Source: Scyliorhinus canicula
Lineage: Eukaryota
Reading direction: 5' to 3'
Assembly (NCBI RefSeq): GCF_902713615.1
Contig: NC_052160.1
Coordinates: 35,145,202 to 35,209,201, forward strand
DNA: 64,000 nt
Below, in pieces: positions 1 through 13,102 of this stretch. Both the position numbers and the translations under genes were made by a program. Numbering within the stretch: the stretch's first letter is position 1; each line of letters begins with the position of its first letter. The notes under the pieces are model-generated. The model was not told the DNA's origin, did not search any database, and saw only the letters and a program-made list of their open reading frames with translations.

Positions 1-1357
1 CTTCAAGATTGTAACTTACCTGTGATGAATCTATTTGCTATGGCTTTCTAATTTAACCTTCCATGATTAGCAGGAAAGCTTACACTGAGTGGGCAAAAGA
101 ATATTTTACACATTTGGATGCATGATTGTGCCCTCTTATTGGTACCAATGTTCTTGCTGCGTTAGAAGCTTTTAACACACTAAAGGAAATGCTTCAGGAC
201 AATTGTGAGCAATAAGGCAAAAAAAAAAAATGATTAAGAGGTCTGTCTGGCTTTTCCAGTATTACCAATTCAAGAGAGGCCAATGTATTTGAACTGACCA
301 GTTCTTGCAGACAATTTAATGCATTTAAGGGGCCATTTAATATCCCCCCAGCCTGATGAAATCAAGGATCTATGAAGAACTGGTCAGAAGCACTACAATT
401 GCTAAATGTCAACCAAATGATTGTATTGGAATGAAGAATACTTGTGGGCGAACTGGATACAAGGGAGAATCTCTGTCCATGGTCCTGAAAACTGCCTCGA
501 ACCCAGGAAATATTAATTGACTATTATTCAGTGTACGGAACAGACTGTGGGTTTCCATTCAATTGTTCTGTAATGCGCTTGAGGCTTCAGAACATTTCAC
601 AGTATAGTAATATATTTACAGGATATTCTATTGGTATTTCACTGTGAGTGTAATGCTTCAATATAAAATTCACATGTGGAATGTAAGAAATAACGAGAGC
701 CACTATGCGTGTAAACTGATGCAGCGAGGAGGGGGTAAGGCAGACACGCATGACGTATTTTCTACTTCCACTGAAACAACAGGAGAACAAGCATACATGT
801 GAAACTCATCCTGCCTGAGGCAGGATGCACTTTTACTGGCCTCTGAACCTCCCATTGTTATTTGATAGAAGGACACACATGAAAGTGTTAATAGACGAAG
901 AGACCACAATGATTAGGTAGTATTTTAGAGCCAGACCCTGGAACCAAACATTCGCAGATCACACCTCCCCCAGGTGAAAAGCCTGACAGCTGCCTTTGTG
1001 CATCATAGATAGGAAATAAAAAGTTGTTAGGATGTAAGATGAATCCTCAATAACTTGTATGGATTTCAGATTGTCATTTCTCAGGCTTTAGGTTACATGC
1101 ACCCATGTAGTCACACACCCATCCGAGCAAACTCAATGGGAAAATCCTTTCCCAATTACAATAGAAGATTATGTGAAGGAACATTGAGTTACAAGATATT
1201 GTAATGGAGTTCTAAACTAGTTCAACCTTGTACTCATTAAATGTCTCTGAACATATTTATTCCCTCTTTCGTCAAGTGTCCACTGACAAAACAAATTGAG
1301 GAGCCCATGATCGCTTTATGTTGGATCTGGTGCATTACATTAAGTGTGCCATAGGTC

Positions 1358-1666
1358 AGAGGCATGGTAGTACAGTGGTTAGTACTGTTGCTTCACAGCA
1401 CCAAGGACCCGGGTTTGATTCCCGGTTTGGGTCACTGTGTGGAGTCTGCATGTTCTCCCAGTGTCTGCGTGCGTTTCCTCCGGGTGCTCCAGTTTCCTCC
1501 CACAAGTCCCAAAAGACCTGCTTGTTAGGTGAATTGGAAACTCTGAATTCTCCCTCTATGTACCCCAACAGGTGCTGGAGTGTGGCGATGAGGGGATTTT
1601 CACAGTAACTTCACTGCAGTGTTGATGTAAGCCTACTTGTGACACTAATAAAGATTATTATTATTT
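1358..1666 (+). mobile_element. HE1/V-SINE-like SINE, variant with ...GTGACACTAATAAAGATTATTATT tail
   Basis: tRNA-like head (CAGTGGTTAG A box, GGGTTTGATTCCC B box), V-domain core GTGTCTGCGTGCGTTTCCTCCGGGTGCTCCAGTTTCCTCCCACA and (ATT)n tail. Matches copies at 10381 and 27866. Confidence 0.9.
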
Positions 1667-1729
1667 TACAAGAAAATGTCTGAAGTTTTGCCATGTGTTT
1701 ACAGCAGCTACCCAATGAGGGGGAAACTA

Positions 1730-2429
1730 AGGCTGTATTTAAAGGTTGCAGCAGTGGGCCTGTCTACCAGCAGGAGAGTCGGTAACAACCTCCACCGTGG
1801 TCAATCCCGCTGCAAATAAAATTCCATCCGGCACCTACCCGATCAGTATCGGAATTCCCAGGTCCTGAAGGACAGATATCCCGCCACTTAGAATTGACGG
1901 CAAATCAAAGAACCGGCAGCTCTTCAGTACCGGCAGGAGTGGAAGCAATGACTGTTGCCGGTACTGCAGAATGCCCAGGAGGAGGAGCAGAACTAGAATC
2001 CAAGGGAGAGGGGCGGAGACTCACTGGGTTAGGCAGGAAGGCCCAAATTAGGGGAAGAAATAGGTCAGTTAAAATGGTGGGGGAGAATGTTCCTCTGGTG
2101 GGCTGCTCTCGTTTGGGTTGTGGTGGTGGCGGTGGCACCGGGAAGGTTGGGGGGGGGGGGGGGGGAGTGGGTGTTGCCTCAGCCGGTCACTGGAGGCTCA
2201 CCAACATGCCACAGTATTGAAATTAGACCTTTAAATGGTAATTTGAGGGTTAATTGCCCTCTGGCTGGGAAGGCAATGTTTAACTCTTCCCGTAACAGAC
2301 TTAATTGGGAGTTGTCAGGATGGGAACTGGTCCACCCTGGATCTTTCCACCCAATTATAAGGTCCCCTGCCGACACCGCGCCCCCCCCACTCAACCCACC
2401 AACTTTTGCGGAGACATTAAATTCTGCCT
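1730..2429. mobile_element. Non-autonomous Harbinger-like DNA transposon (decayed)
   Basis: Termini AGGCTGTATTTAAA / ATTAAATTCTGCCT are an 11/14 inverted match. Flanks are CTA/CGA and the body is GC-rich. Confidence 0.55.
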
Positions 2430-2567
2430 CGAGCAGCATGCACACAATGGACCCGCAATAATGTTGTGGACTTCTACTTCTGCTTTCCAATCAAGCTGTG
2501 CAAAATTCAGAAAATGTGAGCTGAATTTTCTGATGGGATATTCCTGCCCTCCTGCATAATTTTAACA

Positions 2568-3028
2568 CCATAAGATATAGGAGCAGAATTAGTCCTATCG
2601 GCCCATCGAATCTGCTCCGCCATTCAATCATGGCTGAAATGTTTCTCATCCCCATTCTTCTGCCTTCTCCCTATAATCCCTGATCCTCTTATTAATCAAG
2701 AGCCTATCAATTTCTGTCTTACAGACACTCAGTGGTTTGGCCTCCACAGCCTTCTGCGCCAAAGAGTTCCACAGATTCAACGCCCTCTGGCTGAAGAAAT
2801 TCCTCCTCCTCTCTGTTTGAAATGACCATCCCTTCAGTCTGAGGCTGTGCCCTTGGGTTCTAGATTTTCCTACTAGTGGAAACATCCTCTCCACATCCAC
2901 TCTACGTAGGCCTCTGAGTGGTCTCTTAAGTTTCAATAAGATCCCTCTCATCCTTCTAAACTCTGACAAGTACAGACCCAGAGTCCTCAACTGCTCCTCA
3001 TATGACAGGCTCTTCATTCTAGGGATTT
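2568..3028 (-). mobile_element. CR1 LINE 3' fragment
   Basis: Minus-strand translation IPRMKSLSYEEQLRTLGLY...RRNFFSQRALNLWNSL, followed by a CR1-type 3' UTR like the one at 23.5 kb. Confidence 0.92.
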
Positions 3029-5075
3029 TCCTGGAGGCAGCCTGTTGTTTGGCTGCCTCAGAGATCTTCGTCCAATTAATAACGCCAGGTGGGCTGTGTG
3101 GGCGAGAGGGAAAATCACAGCACCAGAGGCTGCAGAGGCTGGCAGCCCCACCAGAAGAGATGCGTGCTAGTAATGCATGCAGGGTAGCATGAGGGCACGA
3201 CCCTGAGGCCTCAGCTCCCGTGTCATCATTGTGGAGGAGCAACCACTTCAGAGATGGCATCTGGCTGCAGCTGTGACTGTGACCGGTTGATGCCAATGAC
3301 TCTGGGACGGTAGGGGGGTGTCTCTCTGCACCTCCAACTCCCTCCCCTCCCCCCCACCCGCACTTCTTTGCAGGAAGTACCCCTCTCTGGGTTGCAGCCT
3401 TATCAGGCAACTGGCACACTGTGCTCTAGCATGACATTTTCAGCATTTTCACCTCCTAACTCACCAATGGAAGAATCCAGAGCTGTGTCTTTTCTTCAGC
3501 AACTTTGATTGCTGAAGATGATTGCTGGTTAAGCCACCATTGATGCATAGAAATTGAACTTGTCTGTTCTGTTTGGGCCCAATTTGATATCGTAGTCCTG
3601 AAATCAAGTGATGGGCCACAAATTACTATATTTAAAGGTTCCATTTCAGACAGGTTGACAATAAGTCGCTTTATTTAAAATGGTGGAAGTAAAAATGTGG
3701 GAGCAAATCGAGTGTGAGGGATCCAAGGTTGACTTTGGTATCTTCCTTGCTATGCTTGAATAATAGATAAATTAGGGTTGATTTTCTTGCCCGCAATTAG
3801 ATTGAATTTAATAACTAGCAACTAATGGAGCAATTTTATGAATAATTAAGATTTTCATTTATATTCTGCTTCTCTGAAGACATAGGAAGAGCCACTAAAA
3901 CTGTTTAGCATAGGAGTTGAATAATTTCCTCTGTTAATTTTCAACATGGCTGAACATAACTAGTCGTAAGTGGAAAATAGTATCAGGCTTTGTAACTTAC
4001 TCATGTTATGAATTGAAAGAATATTGATTTTTATTTTCAAAACACCAGATGAACTAGACAAAAGCCATCTGAACATGCTCTGACAAAATGACAGTCCCTT
4101 CTAATGTCAGTGAGCTTAAGTGGAATCCTTTGTGACACCCTGTCTCCATCCCATGCTGAAGTCAGCCATTATGTCCATTGCATTATGTCTATCTCCTGAA
4201 AAATCACTGCACGTGTACATATTCAACATTTATGATATGTGACAATTTAGTGTTCGCCGATAAATATTTTGATATAGAAAATCTGTGACAGAAAAGTCAC
4301 TGTTCTCATCTACAAAGTTTACAGCATTTCAGGCAGCAACGCAACACTGTACAGTCGGAAAAAATTGTTACCATAGGTACTGATGATAAATGCATCTTTC
4401 AATCTATTTTATCACCTACCATATGGGAAGCCAAAAATGTTAATTTACAGCAGCTAAAAATGGCCATTAAAAATGGATTGATAGGCACTTTAGCTGAGCT
4501 AATAAACCAAAAATAAATATGTTAAGATGTGCACTGTGCTTAGAAAATTGCACACGATGAAGTTCTGACTTGTAACCTAGTAGTCAATACAATATTGGTT
4601 CCTGGATGGCACTTCAGCAGGCATTAGCCTCAAATATACACCAGTTTCTGTGCTGATTTTGTTGCCAGTAAACTTATGCCAAAACATCCTGTGAATCGCA
4701 TTTGTCTACACTAGACCTTACAAAATAGGGCAAAATGAGAACAAATGCTGTATGCACAAATTGTTGTCATTTACCTTACAACTGCTGATATTAAGTACCT
4801 GATAAGCTATTTCCCCCTCAGAAGAAAATCACCATTACTGCATATTGCTGTTGTTTAGTGGACCTTTTGTTCCAAACACAGGAGGAAATCTGTGCATATG
4901 GAGTGTGAACAGAGCATTCAGATGCTTCACAGCAATAGTGTTGCATTTTTTTCATGGTCTGGTAAGAACCACCAGAACTTGGAAAATGAGGAGAAGGCTG
5001 TGTGATTTGCAGATAAAACTAGTTGCGAGTTGAGATCCTGAACATTTTAGCACCAGGCTCGCTGGACAGAATCTC

Positions 5076-5263
5076 GGCCGGAATTCTCCAGCCGTTGTGA
5101 TTTACTTTTCCCGCCGGCAGCGCAACCCTGCCGGTGGGTATCCCTGTGGCGTGGGGTGGCTTTAATGGTAAATCCCATTGACAAGCAGCGGGATTTGAGA
5201 ATCCCGCCGTCAGCAAATGGCGCGCTGCTGAGAAACACGTGGCTGAGGAAGCAGAGAACCAGC
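5076..5263. mobile_element. Short Harbinger-like MITE (family A)
   Basis: Left TIR GGCCGGAATTCTCC, central palindrome at 5163-5180, degenerate right TIR and possible CTC TSD. Confidence 0.75.
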
Positions 5264-5422
5264 CTCTTATTGTTGGTTTGGCCTCTCAATTGCACATGCA
5301 ACTGAAAAGACAATGGGGTCCATTGTGTGGTGGACTCAAAAGGATTGATTTGGTGCAATTGTTGTGATTTCAATTTGAGCAGCACCTAACACTAATGTCA
5401 AAATAATCACTGCTGAGGTTTG

Positions 5423-5588
5423 GGGCTGGATTCTCTGCCGGCGAGATGCTCCTCTTTGCCGGGAGCCCGGGGGTTTTCCGATGGCGTGGGGCTTCCCCAC
5501 AATGGGAAACTCCATTGGCTAACTGGCGTAACGGAGAATCCCGCCGGCAGGGTGAAACAGAAATGTGGCAGGTCGGAGAATCCAGCCC
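5423..5588. mobile_element. Short Harbinger-like MITE (family A)
   Basis: TIRs GGGCTGGATTCTC / GAGAATCCAGCCC, flanks TTG/CTG and central palindrome CAATGGGAAACTCCATTG at 5500-5517. Confidence 0.85.
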
Positions 5589-7538
5589 CTGAAGTATTCA
5601 GAAATTCTGAGACTAACATTCCTAACAGATGTAGTTTATTTTTTAAATGGTATTGACTGGAAAATTCCTGGGGGTTTCTACACGCATCCGGCAAGATCAT
5701 GCGAATGAAGCAGGAACAGATCCCATAAACGTCCCAGCATAATTTGACTATGCTAATTAGTGCCTCATACTCAGAGCCTTTCATCTCTGCTGTGGTCAAT
5801 CTGTTATTACAGATATATATCCACTTAGTCCTTTTAAATGATGGAGGGACAGAGAGGCGTCCAAAAGATTGCAGGTCACTAAGACTGCTAGAACCTTGGT
5901 TCAGTTTAGGTACAAATTGCAGAGAGAAAACGCAAACAGAATTGTAAAGAAATCCATCATCAAACTCCAAAAGAAATCAAAGCTTCGCTGAGATCAGTTG
6001 ACTTCGAGCCACAGTGCGAGTTCAGAGAGACCTGTAATGCTCTGAAGGACATGCTCAGGGATCATATCTGCTTCTAGGAGACTCTGTAAACAAGTTAGCA
6101 ATGCAAAGAATTGTTAGAAATGATGGACATCCAAAACAAAAGGAAATGTTAGAAATGCAAAGTAGCTGGAAGAGAAAGACTGGATCATGTTTTGAGTGTT
6201 ATGAGCCCTCATTTGCCTTTCTGATGTGGATCAATTTACTGCGTATTACTCACTAGTTCAGTTCTTATTTCAGAGTGTTGAGATTGTTGTAGAGACCGGT
6301 AACTTTTCAAAAGAGAAATTCCAATTTGCAGTCAATAGCTAAAAGGACAACATGATGAGATTTCACGTGTAAGGTGTTTACAAACATAGCAAAAACTCTA
6401 CTGACTAAATATTATTTTTGTAGGCAAAAAAGTACACACTTCTTTAAGCAAACATTCAATTCTCCCAGAATCAGTCCAAAATGATTTTTAGCTCCTGAAA
6501 ATTTACTTCCAATATTTTCCTTTACCAGCCTGGGAACGTTTAACTCCAGAACTATCTTTCAGCATATGAGTTTTTCTGTAGACTAAAGCTCCCTCCAGCT
6601 AAAGCTAGGCGAATCTTCCAGCCTCATTTAGCTCCCCATGGATTTGGTCTTTCCAATCTCAGTGCATGCTTCCTCCCATTATCCTGCATGGTGACCCATT
6701 GCATCTTGCTGCCTATAGCTGCTCTCCATGATCCTGGCAAACTATCTCTACTGTCTGTGCTATGCAGTGAGATTTCGGGAAAACCTGTAACCCGATCTTT
6801 ACAATGGGTTCCTCTGCACTCTTCCCATGACAACCCGAATCACGTTGTCTTTATTGATTTGCTATTCCTTTGACCCTAGTTCTATCAAATGGACAGTTCA
6901 AAGTATATATTTTTACAACCTGACATTCTTACCATTTCCCTGGTACTTGGAGACTCTGAATCACAGCTGCCTTCATCATAGTTAGCAAGTGTAAATAACT
7001 TACATATTTTTAACAATAAAGTAATCTAAGCCTTCCTTTCATCTTTAGCAGCCCCATCATCCAGAACTGTCAGCAGACAGACCTCAGCACAGGTCACATG
7101 ACCCCTTCATTTTACCCTGAATTTAAGGAGGCAGTCCCAAAATATAATCTTATAATCCTCATTATTGCAACAGAAGTCCCACCTTACCAAAGGTGGTCTG
7201 AAGACAATGCTTAATGGCTTCATTACTCATGATAAATAGAACAACCAGTGTAGTAAATATGACTTTAAGTAAAACAACTCAGAGAAAGTTCAAATAATTT
7301 CGGTCTGCGACTCTGATCTAAAACCACAAGACGTATAAAGCTTGCTTGTTGCTAGATTAAGGTGATATTGCCCAAAACATCATCAGCCTGATTGGGATAT
7401 CTCTCCATCCACCAGAAGGGTGCTCCCTGCAGCTTGATTGCTTTCCACATACAAATAGTAACAGAGCGCAAGTCTTGGGTCAGGGCAGATTTCCATATTT
7501 AATGAATTGCAGTCTGTCAGTCGCAATGTAAAGACTAA

Positions 7539-8575
7539 GGGCGCGATGCTCCCAAAGAATTTCTAAGTTAATTTGTGGCGAGTTTTTCAGGGGTTTCCCC
7601 GACGCCGGCTCTGCCAGCAAGTTCCTCCCCGCCATTTAATGGCACTTAGTCACTTTTTGGAGCCCTGGGGAGTCTCTCACCGGTTTAGGCTGCACTCAGA
7701 ATTTTATTTTGCCCTGGTGACCTGAACACAGATTGGGGGCCACCATTTTGAAAGGGTGCCCCGAACTCTAAGTAAGATTGAGGGTCCCCCACATACTCCA
7801 CACATGGGCAATGTCACTCCCCCACACACATGGAAACCACCCCACACCCCCAAATGAGGACACCCCACTATGGGGTCCCTGGGGGACCCCCTCTTCATTG
7901 TCCCCAAGCCCCCTTCCACTACCCACTCCCCTCTAAGACCCCCACTCATCACTCACAGAACCTACCGGAGGCCCCTACTTACCTTGCCTGCACGCCCCCA
8001 CCCTTCACACCACCCTCCACCCTAATTTCATGGGCATGGCCCCCTTTGTCCCCTGAAACTTGACAATGCCACCCTTGTACCTGGGCATCCTTGAACTGGA
8101 ATCCTGGCACCAAGGCCGTGCTCCTTTGGGCTTGGCACTGCCACACGGGAACCTTGGCAGTGCCAGGATGGCAGTACCATGTGCCAGCTGGGCAGTGCCA
8201 AGGTGCCCACATTACAGGGGACCACCCTGCACAACCCTGGGGTCTCCGATGGCCGGGGAGACCCCCCAGATGCTGTTCCGCCTGCTCCACCTTTGTGTGG
8301 ATCAGCACTGATCGGCGCCCGGCTGCAGCCTCCCTGGGAAGGCTGGTGAATTGAGGGAGGCCGGTAGATCCTGGGTCAGTAGGTCGTAAGTAGGTTTACG
8401 ACCTACTTCTGGGAGCACCCTTTGGTCACGCCCATTTGGGGCAGAGTTCCGACACTGATCTACCGAGAGAATCTCGAGGGGTGTGGAGGCTGTCAGGAGA
8501 CACGCTGCAAGCCTCTCACGGCATTCCCCGGCCAGATTGTGCTCTCGCCTGAGCGCAACGTGGAGAATCGCACCC
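7539..8575. mobile_element. ~1-kb non-autonomous PIF/Harbinger element (family C)
   Basis: TIRs GGGCGCGATGCTCC / GGAGAATCGCACCC (12/14) and exact TAA TSD at 7536-7538 and 8576-8578. Homologous to 34800-35745. Confidence 0.9.
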
Positions 8576-9226
8576 TAAGAATGTCAACCACCTGTATTGG
8601 TACATGAAGGAAAGTAAATCCCAGTATCAGTATAAGACACAGTAAAACACAAAGGACTGTAAGCGCTCCTCAACAGATGGTGTTAAATGTGGACTTTTTT
8701 TCTTATTTCTGCAGGGAAATGCAGATACATTTCAATGAGCTAGCTGGATCTAGCCATAGTCCAGTTACTACATTATTATTCAATCAACCTTTATTTTAAT
8801 TTTTCAAATTTAATTAATGACTGTGGATGTGCTTTTTAAAGAAAGCTGCAAACTCTGCACATGTCGCCATATCAGATTCAATTCCAGTTGGAGGAACCTG
8901 TAATTAGGTATTTACCATTTAAGAAACATTTTGAAACAAACACAAACTGTGGTCTTCAAAGGGAGATGGTGGCATCGTGGTGAGGTCACTAGACTACTAA
9001 TCCTGAAACCTCAGTTAATGCTCTGGGAACATGGGTCTAAATCCCAATATGGCAACTAGCAAGAGTTAAGTTCAATTGGAATTGCAAACTCGTCTCAGTG
9101 ATGGTTGCCGATCATGAACTATCATTGATTGTCATAAAAACCCATCTGGTTCATGAGTGATCTTTATGGAAATTTGCTGGGGTCTGGCCGACATTTGACC
9201 CCAGACCCACAGCAATGTGGTTGACT

Positions 9227-10380
9227 CTTTTTTTAAGCACAAAACTAACTTATTTAACTTTTATCCACAATATCAACCCGATAACTGTCGGGCTGAGGCT
9301 AATTAACATCAGCAGAAACAGGAAATGAACATGGTTCAGTTCTGGATGGGAATAATAGCAAGATCCAATCACAGGAGTTACTTGTGATTGCACTGGTGCT
9401 TCAGCAGGCTGGATAACATAGTGAATCCCTTCCCACACTTGGAGCAGGTAAGCAGCCTCCCCTCATAGTGAACACTCTGGTGTGTCAGAGGTTGGGATAA
9501 CTGAGTGAATACCTTCCTACACATGGGGCAAGTAAACAGCCTCTCACCAGTGTGAAGCCGCTGATATCTCAGTTGGTTGGCTGACCAACGGAAATCTTTC
9601 CCACACTCAAGGCAGGAAAATGGTCTCTCTCCAGTGTGAACTCTCTGGTATACAGTGTGTTCAGTCACACAGTAAGAGCACAGTACACTGGGTGAAAATA
9701 GAGGGTCATAGATACATCTACGTTGCACCAAAGAGAGCCTCTCATCAGAGTGAACACCTTGAAGTTACATCAGGCCCAGAGAGATTTAAAACAGTTCCCC
9801 ATACCCTGGGCATTTAAAAGGTCTCTCATCACTATCAACTCGCTAGTAGTTTCAGCAGGGTGAGAAAGTGAGACAATCTCTTCCCACACTGGGAACAAGT
9901 GAGGGGCCTTTCCCCAGTATGAACTCACTGGCGTAATACTTGTTTGGATGACTGATTGGATCCCTTCCCACATTCAGAGCAGGTGACCAGCCTCCCCTCA
10001 GTGTGAATCGTGAGTTCTTAATGTAGACTGGTAATTAAAATCCCTTTCTACTTTTCCATGTCCTCTCCCCAGTGTGACTGCATTTATGTTCCAACAGGCC
10101 AGATCATTGGCTGAATCTTCGTCTACACACAGAACACGTGCACAGATTCTTCCCACTGTGAATAGGGTTTTCTTCCTTCCATGTTCGATATTCAGGTTAC
10201 AATACATTTGGTGACTATCAAAGTTTGACTGATGTTTGGCTTTAGTTTCCCAACTGAAAATCTTCCCCTTCTAATACCGAGCTCCTCCCCACCCCCTGGC
10301 TCCATCTCTCCCTCCATTTCACCATTTATTTTACTGCCTGTGGATCTGACAAACCAAGCATCTGCTGCTTGCCATCACCT
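9227..10380 (-). pseudogene. C2H2 zinc-finger pseudogene, probably a processed retrocopy
   Basis: Tandem fingers with HTGERPF linkers (HTGERPFSCLECGKDF...HTGERLFTCPMCRKVF...CSKCGKGFTMLSSLLKHQCNH). Upstream fingers are frameshifted, and a T run at ~9227 reads as poly(A) on the minus strand. Confidence 0.85.
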
Positions 10381-10686
10381 AATAATAATATTTATTATTA
10401 TTGTCACAAGCAGGCTTACATTAACACTGCAATAAAGTTACTGTGAAAATCTCCCAGTCGCCACATTCCGGCGCCTGATCGGGTACACAGAGGGAGAATT
10501 CAGAATGTCCAATTTACCAAACAGCACGTCTTTCAGGACTTGTGGGGGGAAACCGGAGCACCCGGAGGAAACCCACGCAGACACAGGGAGATCGTGCAGA
10601 CTCCGCACAGACAGTGACCCAAGCGAGAATTGAACCTGGAACCCTGGCGCTGTGAGGCAACACTGCTAACCACTGCGCTACTGTGC
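10381..10686 (-). mobile_element. HE1/V-SINE-like SINE (ATT-tail variant)
   Basis: Reverse complement of the 1358-1666 family. Confidence 0.92.
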
Positions 10687-11864
10687 ATCTGAACTGTGCT
10701 TTAAAATGACCACTGAGTTCTCGAACAATTCAGAATGGAGACCAAATGCTGGCCTTGCCAGTGAGCCCCATGTCCCAGGAAAGAAAAAAAAAGTATTTTT
10801 GATATTATTCCCTCCCTCAAGAATAGATGGATTTAAGGATCGATCACAAATCATAGTAAATGACTGCTCTTTAACATTCTAAAACAAAACTTCAAACATT
10901 ATGAATATTGCACTTGTAAATGTGAATCCCTTCATTGGCTGTAAATTTTTGTTTGATGAAGATTCATTCGTTCCGTTTCTTGCATTGTTTAAAATTAAAT
11001 TTGCCTCTAGTTGTGGTTGAATTTTATTTTTGGTGCATTGTGGATTTATATGTGACCACCTCACTTTCACTGTTTATTGTTGGTAGCTGCAATTTCAGTT
11101 AGCATGACTATAATTATGAAGAGGGGCATTCTGATGGGTATATTTATTTGCTGGCTTTTAGGAAAAAAGAGATGATCTGTGAAGACTTGAAACAGGCCCA
11201 TTTACACCTCAGGCAGTACTGCCACAGCCCCACATAACAGCCCAAATGTACAAAAGAAGGCATAACCAATTGGATATCAGGAGAGTTGACTTCAACTGGA
11301 TATTCTGACCCCGCCGCAGCTCTTGCTCATGCTCCCGTGAGACAGCCACAAGCAAGAGCTGAGGAAGGAAACAATAAAGCACACACGGCCACCAGGACGC
11401 AGGATGAATCATCCATTGGAACGGTGAACCAAACCTTTTGATGCATGGATATTTTGGGGATGAAATGTTGCAGTACAGTCCTGACAGGTGAACAAGTTTT
11501 ACCTTACAAAGAAGCATTAGGACCAAGAGGAGGCTTGGATGCAAACTTTGACAAATATTGAGTGCTAATTGTATTGCTAAAGTTAAGTATAAACTTCGGT
11601 ATTAAGTATCTTCAGGACACAAAAAAATGGACTCAGTTGAGTGGATCGTCCGAACCAACTATCTGCCCTTCTGCTGTCATTGGAGAGGGAGCAAGCTGTG
11701 CTCACTGGTATGGTTCTTGGCTTACATGACCAGTGCACATTGCAGAGGCCAGGGTACATCACTACCAGCCAGGAATGAAATTTTGGTTTGATTACATAAG
11801 TTCCCTTTGACATTTTTATTTTTGGTGATTACAGTCCTCCACCAAAGGGGAGTGCCTGCCCCTC

Positions 11865-11960
11865 TTTTTAGTCACGGAATGTGGGGGTCGTTGGGCTGGC
11901 ATTTATTGACCATCTCTAATTGCCCTTGAGAAGATAATGGTGAGCTACATTCTTGAAGGT
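11865..11960 (-). mobile_element. LINE 3'-end fragment (L2/CR1 group; tail shared with the MetaSINE-like SINE)
   Basis: GGCATTTATTGACCATCTCTAATTGCCCTTGAGAAGATAATGGTGAGCT matches 31915-32205. Confidence 0.7.
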
Positions 11961-12689
11961 GCAGTGTAGCATACCTGGCATTGCAGACTTGGGAAAATAT
12001 AATTGTTCTTATAATTTGCTTTAAATCTCCAATGTTGCCATTATAACCATTGTTCTGAGATCAATTGACCAAAACAAGAGTTTTTTTTAATTTTCAGACC
12101 TCACAGAATCATGTTGCAGGATTAATTGAGTATATTTATTAACAATTTGAAAAGGTTAATTTTTTTTTAAGCAAAGTGTACATTCAGTTTAGAAAAAAGC
12201 ATCAAGAAGATTGGCGGCTAATTATGGATAATATGAATATTGAAAAATGAATCTTATCAAGATGTGCAAAATTATCTCACGTCCATTAAATTGAATTCCT
12301 ATCTGTCCATCAACAAATGGGAGGTAAAGTGAGGGACATACTTTTGGAGGATACTGGCAATGCTTCAAGGGCAGTCAGTGTTTTAAATGGCTTTCGGAAA
12401 TCTCAATCTTAGAAATGCTGAGGGAGCAGTGGGATATTGGAGTTAATGTTCATCTTCATCACTTTGCTAATCTGGCAGAGTGGATCATTTGGCCATTCAA
12501 GAATCCAATTAAATTTTCTTGTAACCAATCAAATTGGGTGACCAATTTTTATAGGGAAGCTTGGCACATTCTTTGTTTCCTATCATTTTGTAAATAATAA
12601 TGATATTGATTCATCTAGGTGCATGGAGAGCAGAAAGAACTTGTATTTATTTGTAACTTCAAGATAGATAAAACAGCCCAAGTAACTTC

Positions 12690-13075
12690 ATAGCTGTAGA
12701 TCTGACAAAAAATTATGTCATCCTCAAAAAGAGATGTTAAAAGGGCGGCTAAAAATTTGAGCAAAATTATCTTTTTGAGTGGAGAGGGTGGTAGAGAGCT
12801 GGAAGGTTGCAAGGAATGAATTCCAAAGCATGGAGATTAGATGATTGGTGGCATGGATAAGAGTGAGACAAAACAATTTGGATGCACAAGAGGTCAGTGC
12901 TAAAGGAACAGACAGTTCTGGGGAGTGCAGAGGAGGGGGGGGGGGGGGGGGGGGGGTGCGCTCGAGGTTACAAACACAGGAAGATGCAAAGCCATGATGG
13001 GTTTAAACACAAAAATGAGAGGTTGAAATTGGTAGTGTTGAGGAACTGGGATGCAATGCAAGTCAGACCCTAATC
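12690..13075 (-). mobile_element. Decayed L2-like LINE fragment
   Basis: Purine-rich stretch with GAATTCCAAAGCATGG and GCCATGATGGGTTTAAACAC, resembling the antisense of L2 3' regions. Heavily eroded. Confidence 0.45.
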
Positions 13076-13102
13076 GTAATGGCTCTGTATGTTTACTCCC
13101 TG

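Larger units (their letters stand above)
8961..10792 (+). mobile_element. SlmI/MetaSINE-like SINE split into 8961-9229 and ~10688-10792 by later insertions
   Basis: The 5' part (GTCTCAGTGATGGT...AAAAACCCATCTGGTTCA...CAGCAATGTGGTTGACTCTT) resumes at ~10690 (...AAATGCTGGCCTTGCCAGTGAGCCCCATGTCCCAGGAAAGAAAAA). Colinear with the copies at 16870 and 32219. Family name is from recollection. Confidence 0.8.

Noticed and set aside
20-84. Minus-strand segment bounded by a good acceptor (TTTTGCCCACTCAG) and donor (CAG|GTAAGT)
   Set aside because: Stops occur in all three frames; a non-coding exon cannot be supported without RNA data.
2646-3419. 257-aa minus-strand ORF
   Set aside because: Chance read-through: only the C-terminal half is CR1 ORF2, and the N-terminal half is unrelated GC-rich sequence.
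5407-5970. 187-aa minus-strand ORF
   Set aside because: No recognisable domain, and it runs into a MITE.
11209-11813. Coding-looking non-repetitive stretch with two short ORFs
   Set aside because: No recognisable protein motif or consistent splice signals; possibly an old TE, but unassignable.
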